From a virus, in IMG/VR virus record IMGVR_UViG_3300042562_001235, positions 1 to 64,000 of that record: a stretch of DNA of 64,000 bases. One strand, written 5' to 3'. Shown here piece after piece: positions 18,794-28,078 of this stretch; position 1 is the stretch's first letter; each line of letters begins with the position of its first letter. Position numbers and translations under genes: made by a program. The notes under the pieces are model-generated. The model saw only the letters and a program-made list of their open reading frames with translations. It was not told where the DNA came from and did not search any database.

Positions 18794-19291
18794 ATGAATA
18801 TATTTTTCTTGGATGAGAATCCCAAATTATCAGCACAATATCACGTAGACAAACACGTTGTTAAAATGATTTTAGAGACAGCACAACTTTTATGTGGTGT
18901 TCACCATTCTATCAACACATCAAGTACCCTACAAGTACCCTACAAGTTATCACATAAAAATCATCCTTGTGCAATATGGGCTCGTGAGAGTTTATCAAAT
19001 TATTTGTATTTGTGTGAATTGGGGTTAGAACTTGGTAAAGAATACACATACAGATATGGTAAAAAACACAAATCAATTGAGGTTATTGAATGGTGTATTG
19101 TAAACAAACCTAACATAATTGATATTGGATTTACAAAACCAGCGATGGCAATGCCGGATGAATTTAAAGTTGATTCTGTTGTAGAATCTTACAGGAATTA
19201 TTATATGGGGGCTAAAAGTGATTTAGCATCTTGGAAAAATAGAGAGAAACCTTTTTGGTTTGAAAAAAAAAGAATTACATTTGCAGTATGA
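18794..19291 (+). CDS. hypothetical protein
   Basis: ORF 18737..19291 trimmed to MNIFFLDENPK; the first 19 codons are translated poly-T intergenic sequence. Contains an in-frame 12-bp tandem duplication AGTACCCTACAA x2. Confidence 0.5.
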   Translation: MNIFFLDENPKLSAQYHVDKHVVKMILETAQLLCGVHHSINTSSTLQVPYKLSHKNHPCAIWARESLSNYLYLCELGLELGKEYTYRYGKKHKSIEVIEWCIVNKPNIIDIGFTKPAMAMPDEFKVDSVVESYRNYYMGAKSDLASWKNREKPFWFEKKRITFAV

Positions 19292-19950
19292 TTAAAATAG
19301 ATAAAGATAGAAAAGTTTTTATTACTTCCGATACACATTACGGACATAAAAACATTTGCCGTGGGGTGACAAATTGGAGATTACCGGATGGTAGTATTCC
19401 AATAGACCAAACAAGAGATTTCAAAACAATAGAACAAATGAACGAATCTATTGTTAGTGGAATCAATAGTGTTGTTGGTGAAGATGATGTATTAATTCAC
19501 TTGGGTGACTGGTCTTTTGGCGGGTTTGAAAACATCCAAAAGTTCCGAGATAGAATCGTGTGTAAAGAAGTTCACCTTATATTAGGTAATCACGACCACC
19601 ACATTCAAAATAACCGAGGTGAGTGTCAGGAACTATTTGCAAGCGTTACTCGTTCAACAACTATGTCATACAAATTCAAAACATTTGAACTATTCCACTA
19701 CCCAATTGCATCTTGGGAAAACCTAAACAGAGGGGTTATTCACCTTCACGGACACGTTCACTTGCCAACAAACTTAAGATTTGGTAAAGGTAAGAAAATG
19801 GATGTTGGTATGGATGGCCACCCAACTTTTGGAGTATATGATATGGACGATATCATAAGAATTATGGATAAACGTGATATTGTGTCAGATATGTTATTTG
19901 ACCACCACACGGATGAGATTGAAACCGAAGACGGAAAAAAAAGAAAATAA
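19288..19950 (+). CDS. calcineurin-like metallophosphoesterase
   Basis: DTHYGH, GDWSFGG and GNHDHH metallophosphatase motifs. Confidence 0.65.
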   Translation: MIKIDKDRKVFITSDTHYGHKNICRGVTNWRLPDGSIPIDQTRDFKTIEQMNESIVSGINSVVGEDDVLIHLGDWSFGGFENIQKFRDRIVCKEVHLILGNHDHHIQNNRGECQELFASVTRSTTMSYKFKTFELFHYPIASWENLNRGVIHLHGHVHLPTNLRFGKGKKMDVGMDGHPTFGVYDMDDIIRIMDKRDIVSDMLFDHHTDEIETEDGKKRK

Positions 19951-20010
19951 AATTAGGAAGGTAAGTTTTAATCACTTACATTTGTCAAACAAAAATAAAA
20001 ATAGAAATAT

Positions 20011-20232
20011 ATGCAAACATTGATTTTTAACACAACAACAAAAAAAGTTAAGTTGTTGTCAGGTTCACAAGGTGAATCACAAGTATTAGAGACATTTGAT
20101 AATGTATCAACCGTAAAATGTTCAGAACTTGGATTTTACGAAGTAATGCAAAAGGCGGAATCTCAATCCGTTACTTCAATTCCTGTAATGAGATTACCAA
20201 TTTCAAATACCAATATGTTAATTGAAAAATAG
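20011..20232 (+). CDS. hypothetical protein
   Basis: 73-aa ORF. Confidence 0.35.
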   Translation: MQTLIFNTTTKKVKLLSGSQGESQVLETFDNVSTVKCSELGFYEVMQKAESQSVTSIPVMRLPISNTNMLIEK

Positions 20233-20515
20233 TATGAAGAAAATTGCAATTGTTATTGGGATTTTATTAGTAATAATTGGTTTAGTTGAAACAATTGATT
20301 TATCATTTTATTTGATGAACCGTCCAGACACATACCTATTCAATTCAGGTCTTGTATTATTAGGATTACAATTATTAGGGTTTGCCTACATATGTCGTTT
20401 TATGTTTGATTTAGTATCGAAATGGTCTAAAGATAAGGAAACGGAAATAACAACCGAGGAACCTAAAAAACCAAAGAAAAAAAATAAAAATAACTTAAAA
20501 CAAGAAAAAAAATGA
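20222..20515 (+). CDS. small two-TM membrane protein (NfeD-like partner of the SPFH protein?)
   Basis: Two hydrophobic helices plus a Lys-rich tail; overlaps the downstream SPFH gene start by 4 nt. Confidence 0.45.
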   Translation: MKNSMKKIAIVIGILLVIIGLVETIDLSFYLMNRPDTYLFNSGLVLLGLQLLGFAYICRFMFDLVSKWSKDKETEITTEEPKKPKKKNKNNLKQEKK

Positions 20516-21339
20516 GAAGAATTTTAGTAGCAGTAGGAATTGTCGTATTACTTTTTACAATGGCAATGTCGTGTGAAAGAATCGATGCGGGTCACGTAGG
20601 TGTAAAAGTCGATATGTACGGAAGTGGTAAAGGGGTGAACGATGTCACCGAATGTACGGGGGTAGTATTTTATAATCCTATCACCACAAAAATTTATGAG
20701 TTCCCAACGTTTATACAACACAAAGAATACAAAGATGAAAATTCATTTGTGGTAAATAGTAAGGATGGTTCGGAATTTAGTGTTTCTCCAATTATGAACT
20801 ATTCAGTTCAAAGAGAAAAAGTCCCTACAATATTCGCTAAATACAGAAGAAGTTTGGAAGAAATTGAAGAAGGATTCTTAAAAACTGCAGTGTATGACGC
20901 ATTCCGTTTAGCAACTAATAAGTATACTGCAGATGGATTAATCGGAAATAGAGAAATTTTTGAGATTGAAGTTAGACGTTTGTTAGAAGCTCAACTACTT
21001 AAAGAAGGATTCGTAATTAATCAGTTCACATCTAATTTAGTTTATCCGGATTCATTCAAGAAAGCAATTAATGCTAAGAACAACGCGGTACAGTCGGCAT
21101 TGATGGCGGAGAACAAAGTAAAACAGGCTGAGGCTGAGGCAAAAATTAAAGTGGCAACTGCTAATGGTAATGCTGAGGCATTGTTGGCAAACGCAAGAGC
21201 TGAGGCGGAATCTAACAGATTAAGACAACAAACATTAACTCCAATGTTATTACAACAACAATGGATTGAGAAATGGAAAGGTAATGTTCCAACCACTCAG
21301 TTGGGGGCTAACACTCAAGTGTTGTACGGTCTAAAATAA
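20512..21339 (+). CDS. SPFH/band-7 (prohibitin/stomatin-like) membrane protein
   Basis: N-terminal TM, SPFH-core-like region, C-terminal coiled-coil AEAEAKIKVATANGNAEALLANARAEAES. Confidence 0.65.
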   Translation: MRRILVAVGIVVLLFTMAMSCERIDAGHVGVKVDMYGSGKGVNDVTECTGVVFYNPITTKIYEFPTFIQHKEYKDENSFVVNSKDGSEFSVSPIMNYSVQREKVPTIFAKYRRSLEEIEEGFLKTAVYDAFRLATNKYTADGLIGNREIFEIEVRRLLEAQLLKEGFVINQFTSNLVYPDSFKKAINAKNNAVQSALMAENKVKQAEAEAKIKVATANGNAEALLANARAEAESNRLRQQTLTPMLLQQQWIEKWKGNVPTTQLGANTQVLYGLK

Positions 21340-21351
21340 TAAAAAAATAAA

Positions 21352-21390
21352 ATATTTAAAAAATCCTCATTTATTGAGGATTTTTTTTTA
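21352..21390 (+). terminator. rho-independent terminator (ATCCTCA-TTTAT-TGAGGAT plus T9)
   Basis: Hairpin plus T-run after the SPFH gene. Confidence 0.65.
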
Positions 21391-21396
21391 TCTTTG
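21389..21396 (+). promoter_or_regulatory. -7 promoter box TATCTTTG
   Basis: TAnnTTTG 4 nt before the ATG at 21401; implies a leaderless transcript. Confidence 0.4.
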
Positions 21397-21400
21397 CATT

Positions 21401-22480
21401 ATGAAAATTGATATAGAAATAATAAACAGATACGTTAGTGAAGGTTTGATTGAGAAAAACTCTCATCCAACTCTTCCAATCGCGATTTACAACTACTCAA
21501 GAAAAGTTCAATATGAAGGTCTGTGGGATACAATAACCAGAAATTGTCGAGGTCTTGTATTAGATAATGATGGTAATGTTCTTGCAAAACCATTTGGTAA
21601 GTTTTTCAACATGGAAGAACACGACCCAAGTGAAATCCCAAATGAAACTTTTGAGGTATTTGAAAAAATGGATGGCTCGTTAGGTATATTGTTTTGGTAC
21701 CAAGGTAAATGGATTTTTGCAAGTAAAGGTTCATTCACTTCAGACCAAGCAATTAAAGGTCAAGAAATGTTATCAAAATATGATATACAACCAGTTCCAA
21801 AAGGATATACTACTTTGGTGGAAATTATCTATCCGGAGAATCGTATTGTTTGTGATTATGGTGACGAAGAAAGTTTGGTTGCACTTACTATGATTAGTAA
21901 TGTTTCAGGGAAAGAATTTGATTATTCTTCTTTGATTCAAGTTTGTGAAGTTGTGGGATTCCCAGTTGTTAAACGATATGATGGAGTGGAGGATTATAAG
22001 ACCCTTAAATCAATTATTGAGTCAAACCAAGAAGGTTTTGTCATAAGATTCAGAAATGGGTTTAGAATGAAGATAAAAGGGGAAGAATACGTTCGTCTCC
22101 ACAGAATCTTAACCGGATTTTCTAATATAAACATTTGGGAAGTATTAAAAAATGGGGAAGACATAAACACATATTTGGATAAAGTCCCGGATGAATTTGA
22201 CAAATGGGTTAAAAATGTGGTTAAAGATTTGAGATATGGGTATTTTCAAATTAGTGAAAGAGCTGGAAAAACGTTTGATTACTATATGTATGGTAAGTAC
22301 AACGATAAAGAACCGGTTACAGACAGAAAAGTTTTTGCTGAATGGGTTATGACTCAAGAACAATATCTTCAACCAATATTATTTAAAATGTTTGATAAAA
22401 GGGATTATTCTTCATACATTTGGGAGAAGATAAGACCAACATATAGTAAACCATTTTGGCAAAAAGAAAGTGAGTCATGA
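21401..22480 (+). CDS. ATP-dependent RNA ligase (T4 RnlA-like nucleotidyltransferase)
   Basis: KxDG motif I FEKMDGSLGILF, motif IV EGFVIRF, motif V KIKGEEY. About 360 aa, as for T4 Rnl1. Start chosen at MKIDIEI after the promoter box. Confidence 0.55.
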   Translation: MKIDIEIINRYVSEGLIEKNSHPTLPIAIYNYSRKVQYEGLWDTITRNCRGLVLDNDGNVLAKPFGKFFNMEEHDPSEIPNETFEVFEKMDGSLGILFWYQGKWIFASKGSFTSDQAIKGQEMLSKYDIQPVPKGYTTLVEIIYPENRIVCDYGDEESLVALTMISNVSGKEFDYSSLIQVCEVVGFPVVKRYDGVEDYKTLKSIIESNQEGFVIRFRNGFRMKIKGEEYVRLHRILTGFSNINIWEVLKNGEDINTYLDKVPDEFDKWVKNVVKDLRYGYFQISERAGKTFDYYMYGKYNDKEPVTDRKVFAEWVMTQEQYLQPILFKMFDKRDYSSYIWEKIRPTYSKPFWQKESES

Positions 22481-22686
22481 AACAAAAATTAGAAACGATT
22501 TACGAGACAAATATTGTCCATAATTCATTTTTGGATAAAGATTCCATCATTCAAGCAATGGTGGAATCTTATAATTTAGGTAAACAGGAATTAATTAACT
22601 GGTTATCCGAAAAAGATTACTTATCGGATGATAAACAAACTTTATTAAAAGAGTACAATAACCTCATTAACAACATAAAAAAATGA
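22477..22686 (+). CDS. hypothetical protein
   Basis: 69-aa ORF, translationally coupled. Confidence 0.4.
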   Translation: MKQKLETIYETNIVHNSFLDKDSIIQAMVESYNLGKQELINWLSEKDYLSDDKQTLLKEYNNLINNIKK

Positions 22687-22865
22687 CAAACGAAGAATTC
22701 ACTTTAGAAATACTAATGGAAGCCGAATCTTTAGGTATTCGTAAAGAAGTATTGGAATTATCTAATAAAATCAAACAGGAAAATGAATTTATGGATATTA
22801 ACGCATCCATTGAAAGAGCATTTCAACACATGAAAGCTAAATTACAAGAATATAATAACGTATGA
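22683..22865 (+). CDS. hypothetical protein
   Basis: 60-aa ORF, coupled. Confidence 0.4.
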   Translation: MTNEEFTLEILMEAESLGIRKEVLELSNKIKQENEFMDINASIERAFQHMKAKLQEYNNV

Positions 22866-23296
22866 GTATAACAAAAAAATACATAGATTTTATGTTGGAG
22901 AACGTTATTGGTTCCAACATCCGAGTTCAGTTACCTAATCCCCAAGAAGATGGAAAATTGTTTTGGACTAAATTAGGCCCAATCGTTTATATGAATGTTG
23001 AGTTGGAAGTTATTGAAAAATATACCCGGTCGGTTAAGTTTAATTTGAAATTTGATAGATACGAAGTTGAGAAAATTATCTTCATACCAATTGAATCTTC
23101 ACCAATGAGTATTAAAGAAAAATTACACAATACTATTGAAAATTTAGTTAGTAAAACTTTCATCGGTGATGGTAGACAGGAAGATATGAGACAAATGTAT
23201 GAGGATAAAAGAAAGACAATGTTTTCCGGATTAGAGAAGATGGTTGGTAAGATTAAAGAAATTGATAGTAAGGATTCTGATAAAATTGTTGAATAA
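22862..23296 (+). CDS. hypothetical protein
   Basis: 144-aa ORF. Confidence 0.45.
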   Translation: MSITKKYIDFMLENVIGSNIRVQLPNPQEDGKLFWTKLGPIVYMNVELEVIEKYTRSVKFNLKFDRYEVEKIIFIPIESSPMSIKEKLHNTIENLVSKTFIGDGRQEDMRQMYEDKRKTMFSGLEKMVGKIKEIDSKDSDKIVE

Positions 23297-23721
23297 TGGA
23301 ATTATTAAATACACACCCAATTAAAAAATCTGATTTAGGTTTTCACGGAAACTTATTTGGAGGAAAATTGCTTGCATGGATTGATGCCGCAGCTGCGGGG
23401 TATTCTATGCAATTATGTGATACACCAAGAATGGTTACTGTTTCAATAGATAAATGTTATTTTGAAAAACCGGCTAAAGAAGGACAATTACTTAAAATAT
23501 ATGGTAGACCTTCTAAATTGGGTACTACCTCTGTAACATTATACATGGAGGCGAGAGCACATAATGTTTACACCGGTAATCAAGTAATTGTCTTAAAAAC
23601 TAATATACGATTTGTTCGTATTGATGAAGAAGGAAATCCAATACCGATTAACGAAAAAGGTAGAAAAAAAATAGATTTATTAATTGAGGATTATTTGAAA
23701 ACTAACGAAATACAAAATTGA
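23296..23721 (+). CDS. hotdog-fold acyl-CoA thioesterase (4HBT/YbgC-like)
   Basis: FHGNLFGGKLLAWIDAAAAGYSM matches the 4HBT active-site region. Confidence 0.55.
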   Translation: MELLNTHPIKKSDLGFHGNLFGGKLLAWIDAAAAGYSMQLCDTPRMVTVSIDKCYFEKPAKEGQLLKIYGRPSKLGTTSVTLYMEARAHNVYTGNQVIVLKTNIRFVRIDEEGNPIPINEKGRKKIDLLIEDYLKTNEIQN

Positions 23722-23725
23722 GAAA

Positions 23726-23956
23726 ATGACAGAAGATGAATTAGAATATTGGCAATCAGTTCAATACAGAATGGATGCAGAAGGTTTTGACTACTGCTTT
23801 GTAAGTTATAGTGATTGGGATGAAATCAAAGATGAGGAATTCCATCGATTAAGATTGGGTTTCTTACAACATATGAAAGAACTTCGTCAATACATTGATA
23901 GTAAAGTTGAAGAAGGTCAAAACCTTGAATTAGAAGGTGAGTTAGAAGATGAGTAA
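23726..23956 (+). CDS. small acidic protein
   Basis: 76-aa ORF. A further roughly 48-aa acidic ORF (23949..24093) follows; it is not in the ORF track. Confidence 0.4.
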   Translation: MTEDELEYWQSVQYRMDAEGFDYCFVSYSDWDEIKDEEFHRLRLGFLQHMKELRQYIDSKVEEGQNLELEGELEDE

Positions 23957-24116
23957 TACACAATCAACCGACGATGAATTGTGGGACTATTATAGTGGAT
24001 TACCAAATCCAATGTGGTATCAACATATTGAAGAAATAGATGAAGAAGATGATACAAATGATAGTACTGATACTTCAGTTACTACTGAATAAAATAAAAC
24101 GAAAAAGAAAAAGTAT

Positions 24117-25298
24117 ATGGGATTTATGAATAAATTAGACAAAACATACACAGACCTACTTCAAGATATTCTTGATAATGGTGTGGAGAAAAAAGACAGA
24201 ACCGGGACGGGAACAATCTCAGTATTCGGAAGACAAATCAGACATAAAATGTCAGAAGGATTCCCATTACTTACGACCAAAAAGATGCCGTGGAAATCAA
24301 TCGTCACAGAACTTCTTTGGTTCCTTCAAGGGAATACAAACATCAAATGGTTGGTCGATAATGGATGTAACATTTGGAATGGTGATGCTTATAAAAATTA
24401 TCTACTATTAATGATTGGTAATGAACCTGAAAAGATTTTATCAATGGATGATTTTATTAATAAGATAAAGAACGATGATAAGTTTGCCAAGAAGTGGGGT
24501 GATTTAGGTCCAATTTACGGTAAGCAATGGAGGAAATGGGCACCTGAATCGGGTGAGATTAATAAAGGTGGTGTAGACCAAATCGCAAACCTAATCAATG
24601 ACCTTAAATCAAATCCAGACTCAAGACGATTAATGGTTAATGCTTGGAATGTTGGAGAATTAGACCAAATGGTTCTTCCACCTTGTCATTATGGATTTCA
24701 AGTTTATACAAGAGAGTTGAGTTGGGAAGAGAGAGTTCAATGGGTTTTGAAACATACTGATGTTGAATTAGAGAATCTTTATATTGTTGAAGAAATTGCT
24801 AAAAACTCAACTCCAAAAAGAGCAATCTCTTTAATGTGGAATCAAAGAAGTTGCGATTTATTTTTGGGAATTCCATTCAACATTGCTTCTTATGGATTGT
24901 TATTAGAGATTATAGCAAAAGAAGTAAATATGATTCCGGATGAGTTGATTGGGAATCTTGGTGATGTTCATTTGTATTCAAATCATATTGAACAAGCCAA
25001 AGAACAGATTGGAAGAGAATTAACTCACGAAGAAAGAACCGAATTGTTAAAACAGGCAATGGGTGAAGAAAATTATAATAAAGCGGTTGATGAATTAATG
25101 CCGTTTGGTGGTGGATTAACTGAATATTATGATTCATATAAAATTCCTTATACAACAAGAGAACCTTATAAGTTACCGAGATTAAAATTCTCACCTTGTC
25201 CAATAACCGGAATTGATATGGAGTATCAATCAATTGCCCAATTCCAAATTGAGAACTATGAATCACATCCGGTAATTAAAGCACCTTTGAGTAATTAA
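24117..25298 (+). CDS. thyA: thymidylate synthase homologue (ThyA fold; dUMP methylase or hydroxymethylase) with two insertions
   Basis: Near-collinear with E. coli ThyA: DRTGTGT, LLWFLQG, DLGPIYGKQWR, PDSRRLMVNAWNVGELD, PPCH (catalytic Cys), QRSCDLFLGIPFNIASY, GDVHLYSNH, HPVIKAP. The extra roughly 130 aa lie in two inserts. Confidence 0.85.
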   Translation: MGFMNKLDKTYTDLLQDILDNGVEKKDRTGTGTISVFGRQIRHKMSEGFPLLTTKKMPWKSIVTELLWFLQGNTNIKWLVDNGCNIWNGDAYKNYLLLMIGNEPEKILSMDDFINKIKNDDKFAKKWGDLGPIYGKQWRKWAPESGEINKGGVDQIANLINDLKSNPDSRRLMVNAWNVGELDQMVLPPCHYGFQVYTRELSWEERVQWVLKHTDVELENLYIVEEIAKNSTPKRAISLMWNQRSCDLFLGIPFNIASYGLLLEIIAKEVNMIPDELIGNLGDVHLYSNHIEQAKEQIGRELTHEERTELLKQAMGEENYNKAVDELMPFGGGLTEYYDSYKIPYTTREPYKLPRLKFSPCPITGIDMEYQSIAQFQIENYESHPVIKAPLSN

Positions 25299-25900
25299 TA
25301 AAATTTCATGTATAATTCAACAATTTTTTGGGATAGTCTTTTAATAGTTCGATTGACATCATCTAAATCAATTTCTTTACCTTGTGATTCCATCCATTTT
25401 AAAGTACCTTGAATCATTATGTCTTTAGCCTCTTCAGAGCTGTCCAACATTTCTTGGAAATCTTCATTGTCTTCATTATTTTCACCATAATATCGGTCAA
25501 TCCATTTTTTACCTGAATACAATAACGGTCCTGCTTGAAACATATTCACAGGACCGGCTTTTTGAACTTTCTTAAGATATTCGTTTAGGAATCTATAATT
25601 AAAGTTTTCAAAAATGTCAGGATTTTTTTTGAAGAAGTCATACTCTCTACTACCAGTCTGTTCTTCAATTCGTTCTTCAGAAAGTTTTTTCCAAGCGTCA
25701 GTAGCACTAACTAAAGATAATTTACTACCATTTTCCCAATTAACACTGATAATAACATCATCCTCGTTTGGTTCAAATGGGTCCCTTTGAACTTTGGTTA
25801 CAACACCTTTTGTCCCCGGTGGAACGGTTGTTTCGTGTTCCATATGGAAACACATTATATTATCACCAACTTTTAATGGTGGATTTAATTGTCCTTTCAT
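25295..25900 (-). CDS. hypothetical protein
   Basis: ORF trimmed to the internal Met (MKGQLNPP), which sits directly after a TATTTATAAGTATG motif. Confidence 0.45.
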   Translation of the reverse strand: MKGQLNPPLKVGDNIMCFHMEHETTVPPGTKGVVTKVQRDPFEPNEDDVIISVNWENGSKLSLVSATDAWKKLSEERIEEQTGSREYDFFKKNPDIFENFNYRFLNEYLKKVQKAGPVNMFQAGPLLYSGKKWIDRYYGENNEDNEDFQEMLDSSEEAKDIMIQGTLKWMESQGKEIDLDDVNRTIKRLSQKIVELYMKFY

Positions 25901-25921
25901 ACTTATAAATATAATCAATAT

Positions 25922-26552
25922 ATTTATTATTATGGAATTTTTAATCACAGAGACACAACTAAAGACAATTTTAACGGAACAGGACAAATCTAAGATGACG
26001 GAAGATATGAAAACATTATATTCCTTCACCGAAAATATTGTAAATCGAGTAAAAACAATTTACGGAATAAATCTTAAAATGTTGTTAACTTGGGGTACTT
26101 CAGTTGGTGGTCTAATGATGCCAATAGATAATTTTATTAAATCCGGAAACTTTAATTTAAATGAACAACAAGAATCTTTAATCCTTGTTGCCGTTGCATC
26201 AATGTTATTCTTCGAAAATAAACGAGCGATGAGTAGATTGATGGAAAAAATTAATGAGGAAGGTATTTTACCTCAATTTGAACAAATTTCATCTAAAGGA
26301 CAAGAATTAAAATCGGCTTTCATTGGGTTTTTATCATCAATTAATATTACCGTTGGAACTTTATTAGAAATTGCGGCATACAGTTGTTTAGTACCAATTA
26401 TTTTTGACATTTACTCGCTTGGTGAATCATCAACAAATTTACGTCAAACAGCGTTACAAATTACTGAAAGATTATTGGCGTCGGGAGTTATAGCATTGAG
26501 TGCACAAGCGTTGACAGTAACAATCAGAAAAATACTTAAAAGATTTAGATAA
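25922..26552 (+). CDS. hypothetical membrane protein
   Basis: ORF trimmed to MEFLITETQ, divergent from the previous gene; hydrophobic segments. Confidence 0.45.
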
Positions 26553-26553
26553 T

Positions 26554-27528
26554 CTATTTTTCAAAAAGAATTTTTTGAATAACTCTTTCTTGTTGTTCAG
26601 GATTTAAAGTGTGTTTGTGAGGATATTTTTTAAACCAATTTCTTACCAAAGTTTCCATATCATTTTTTTCCCTTCTTGCTCTCCTTTTGAATCCGGCTTT
26701 TTGAGCCCCCAATTCATATTTGTGGGTATAATATTTATATTTGTCTGATACTTCCTTTCTAGCTCTTCTACCTCCTTGATATTGTAATATATGTTCAATT
26801 TCATGTCTAACAACTTCATTCAATTCATTAACTAAATCATTTAATATTTCATTACCTGAATTAGGGTTCACTAAAATTTCAATATCAATTACATCATCTT
26901 TATAATATAAATCACCCTCTACTTCAAAAGTTTCAACATCTTCATTTTCTTTAATTGACAAGTTTAAACTATATCCTTTACCTAATTCAGAATAATCATA
27001 ATAAGATTCCGTCTCTCTCAAATCATCAGGTAGCTGGTAATTTCCAACTTTTTTAGTTTTAAACACACTTAAGATATCATTAACAATTTGTCTAACAATT
27101 CTATCATATTTTCCTTCCATAATTAAACTTTCGTTTATGTTATTATTAGTTTCATTAATTACTTTTGTACAAATCACCGGGTTTTCAATACCCCAATATA
27201 ATAAAAACCTTTGTAATTGGTCACTTATTCGATTATTTAAAACATAAAAAGTTAAATCTTGATTATCAAGTTCAAGTTCTTTGTGACCTCTCATTAATAA
27301 ATCTGTAAGAGTATTCATCATCGGGCTAGAAGGTTGTATAAATGTTGTGTAAGTGATAAATGTCATTTTATCACCAGCACGATACATCTCTTTAGTACCT
27401 GTAAGTTCAACTTTAACAACCGCATACATTTCTCGAGGGGCAACATCACCCAAAGGGTCGTACACCTTGAATGTGTATTCAGATAAAAAATTATTAAGTC
27501 TTGCTATCGGTAATTCTAATTCTTCCAT
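26554..27528 (-). CDS. hypothetical protein (contains an HEIEH motif)
   Basis: 324 aa; HExxH present but no further metalloprotease context. Confidence 0.5.
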   Translation of the reverse strand: MEELELPIARLNNFLSEYTFKVYDPLGDVAPREMYAVVKVELTGTKEMYRAGDKMTFITYTTFIQPSSPMMNTLTDLLMRGHKELELDNQDLTFYVLNNRISDQLQRFLLYWGIENPVICTKVINETNNNINESLIMEGKYDRIVRQIVNDILSVFKTKKVGNYQLPDDLRETESYYDYSELGKGYSLNLSIKENEDVETFEVEGDLYYKDDVIDIEILVNPNSGNEILNDLVNELNEVVRHEIEHILQYQGGRRARKEVSDKYKYYTHKYELGAQKAGFKRRARREKNDMETLVRNWFKKYPHKHTLNPEQQERVIQKILFEK

Positions 27529-27540
27529 TATTCATAAATA

Positions 27541-27966
27541 CTATCGAAATGGAATTACAACACCGACTCCGTATCTAAATCCTTCCATGTAGTTTACACC
27601 AACCACGAAATCAAACCCTCTATCGGTATTGGTTAATATTCTTAATGGGTATGCTTTAACCCACACATCAGGTTTGAACTTAATTTCGTCAATATATGTC
27701 TCCATAAACACTCCACCCATTAAACTTACCTTATGATTAGTTAAGTTAATACCAACACGATTTAAAATTGACATCGGTGTTGTGTAGATGTAAGGTTGTG
27801 GACGGGTCGTTGTGATATACCCACCAACATAATACCCAATTGGAGAGTAATTGCTGTTATAAGTTGCAACAATTGTATTTTGGTCCGGTACATACATTAA
27901 GTCCGCATCCTGAGAGAATCCCATAAATGGAATCAATAAAAATAAAAGTGAGGTTATTGTTTTCAT
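27541..27966 (-). CDS. small secreted beta-rich protein
   Basis: Signal peptide MKTITSLLFLLIPFMGFSQ; ends in an aromatic-rich ...GVVIPFR. Confidence 0.5.
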   Translation of the reverse strand: MKTITSLLFLLIPFMGFSQDADLMYVPDQNTIVATYNSNYSPIGYYVGGYITTTRPQPYIYTTPMSILNRVGINLTNHKVSLMGGVFMETYIDEIKFKPDVWVKAYPLRILTNTDRGFDFVVGVNYMEGFRYGVGVVIPFR

Positions 27967-28078
27967 AATGCAAATATACTACATTTAATCATACGAAAAA
28001 AATTAAAATGTTAAAATTTACATTTGTATTTGACCCATTTAATTAAAAAAATTATAATTTAATCAAACTAAATAACTT

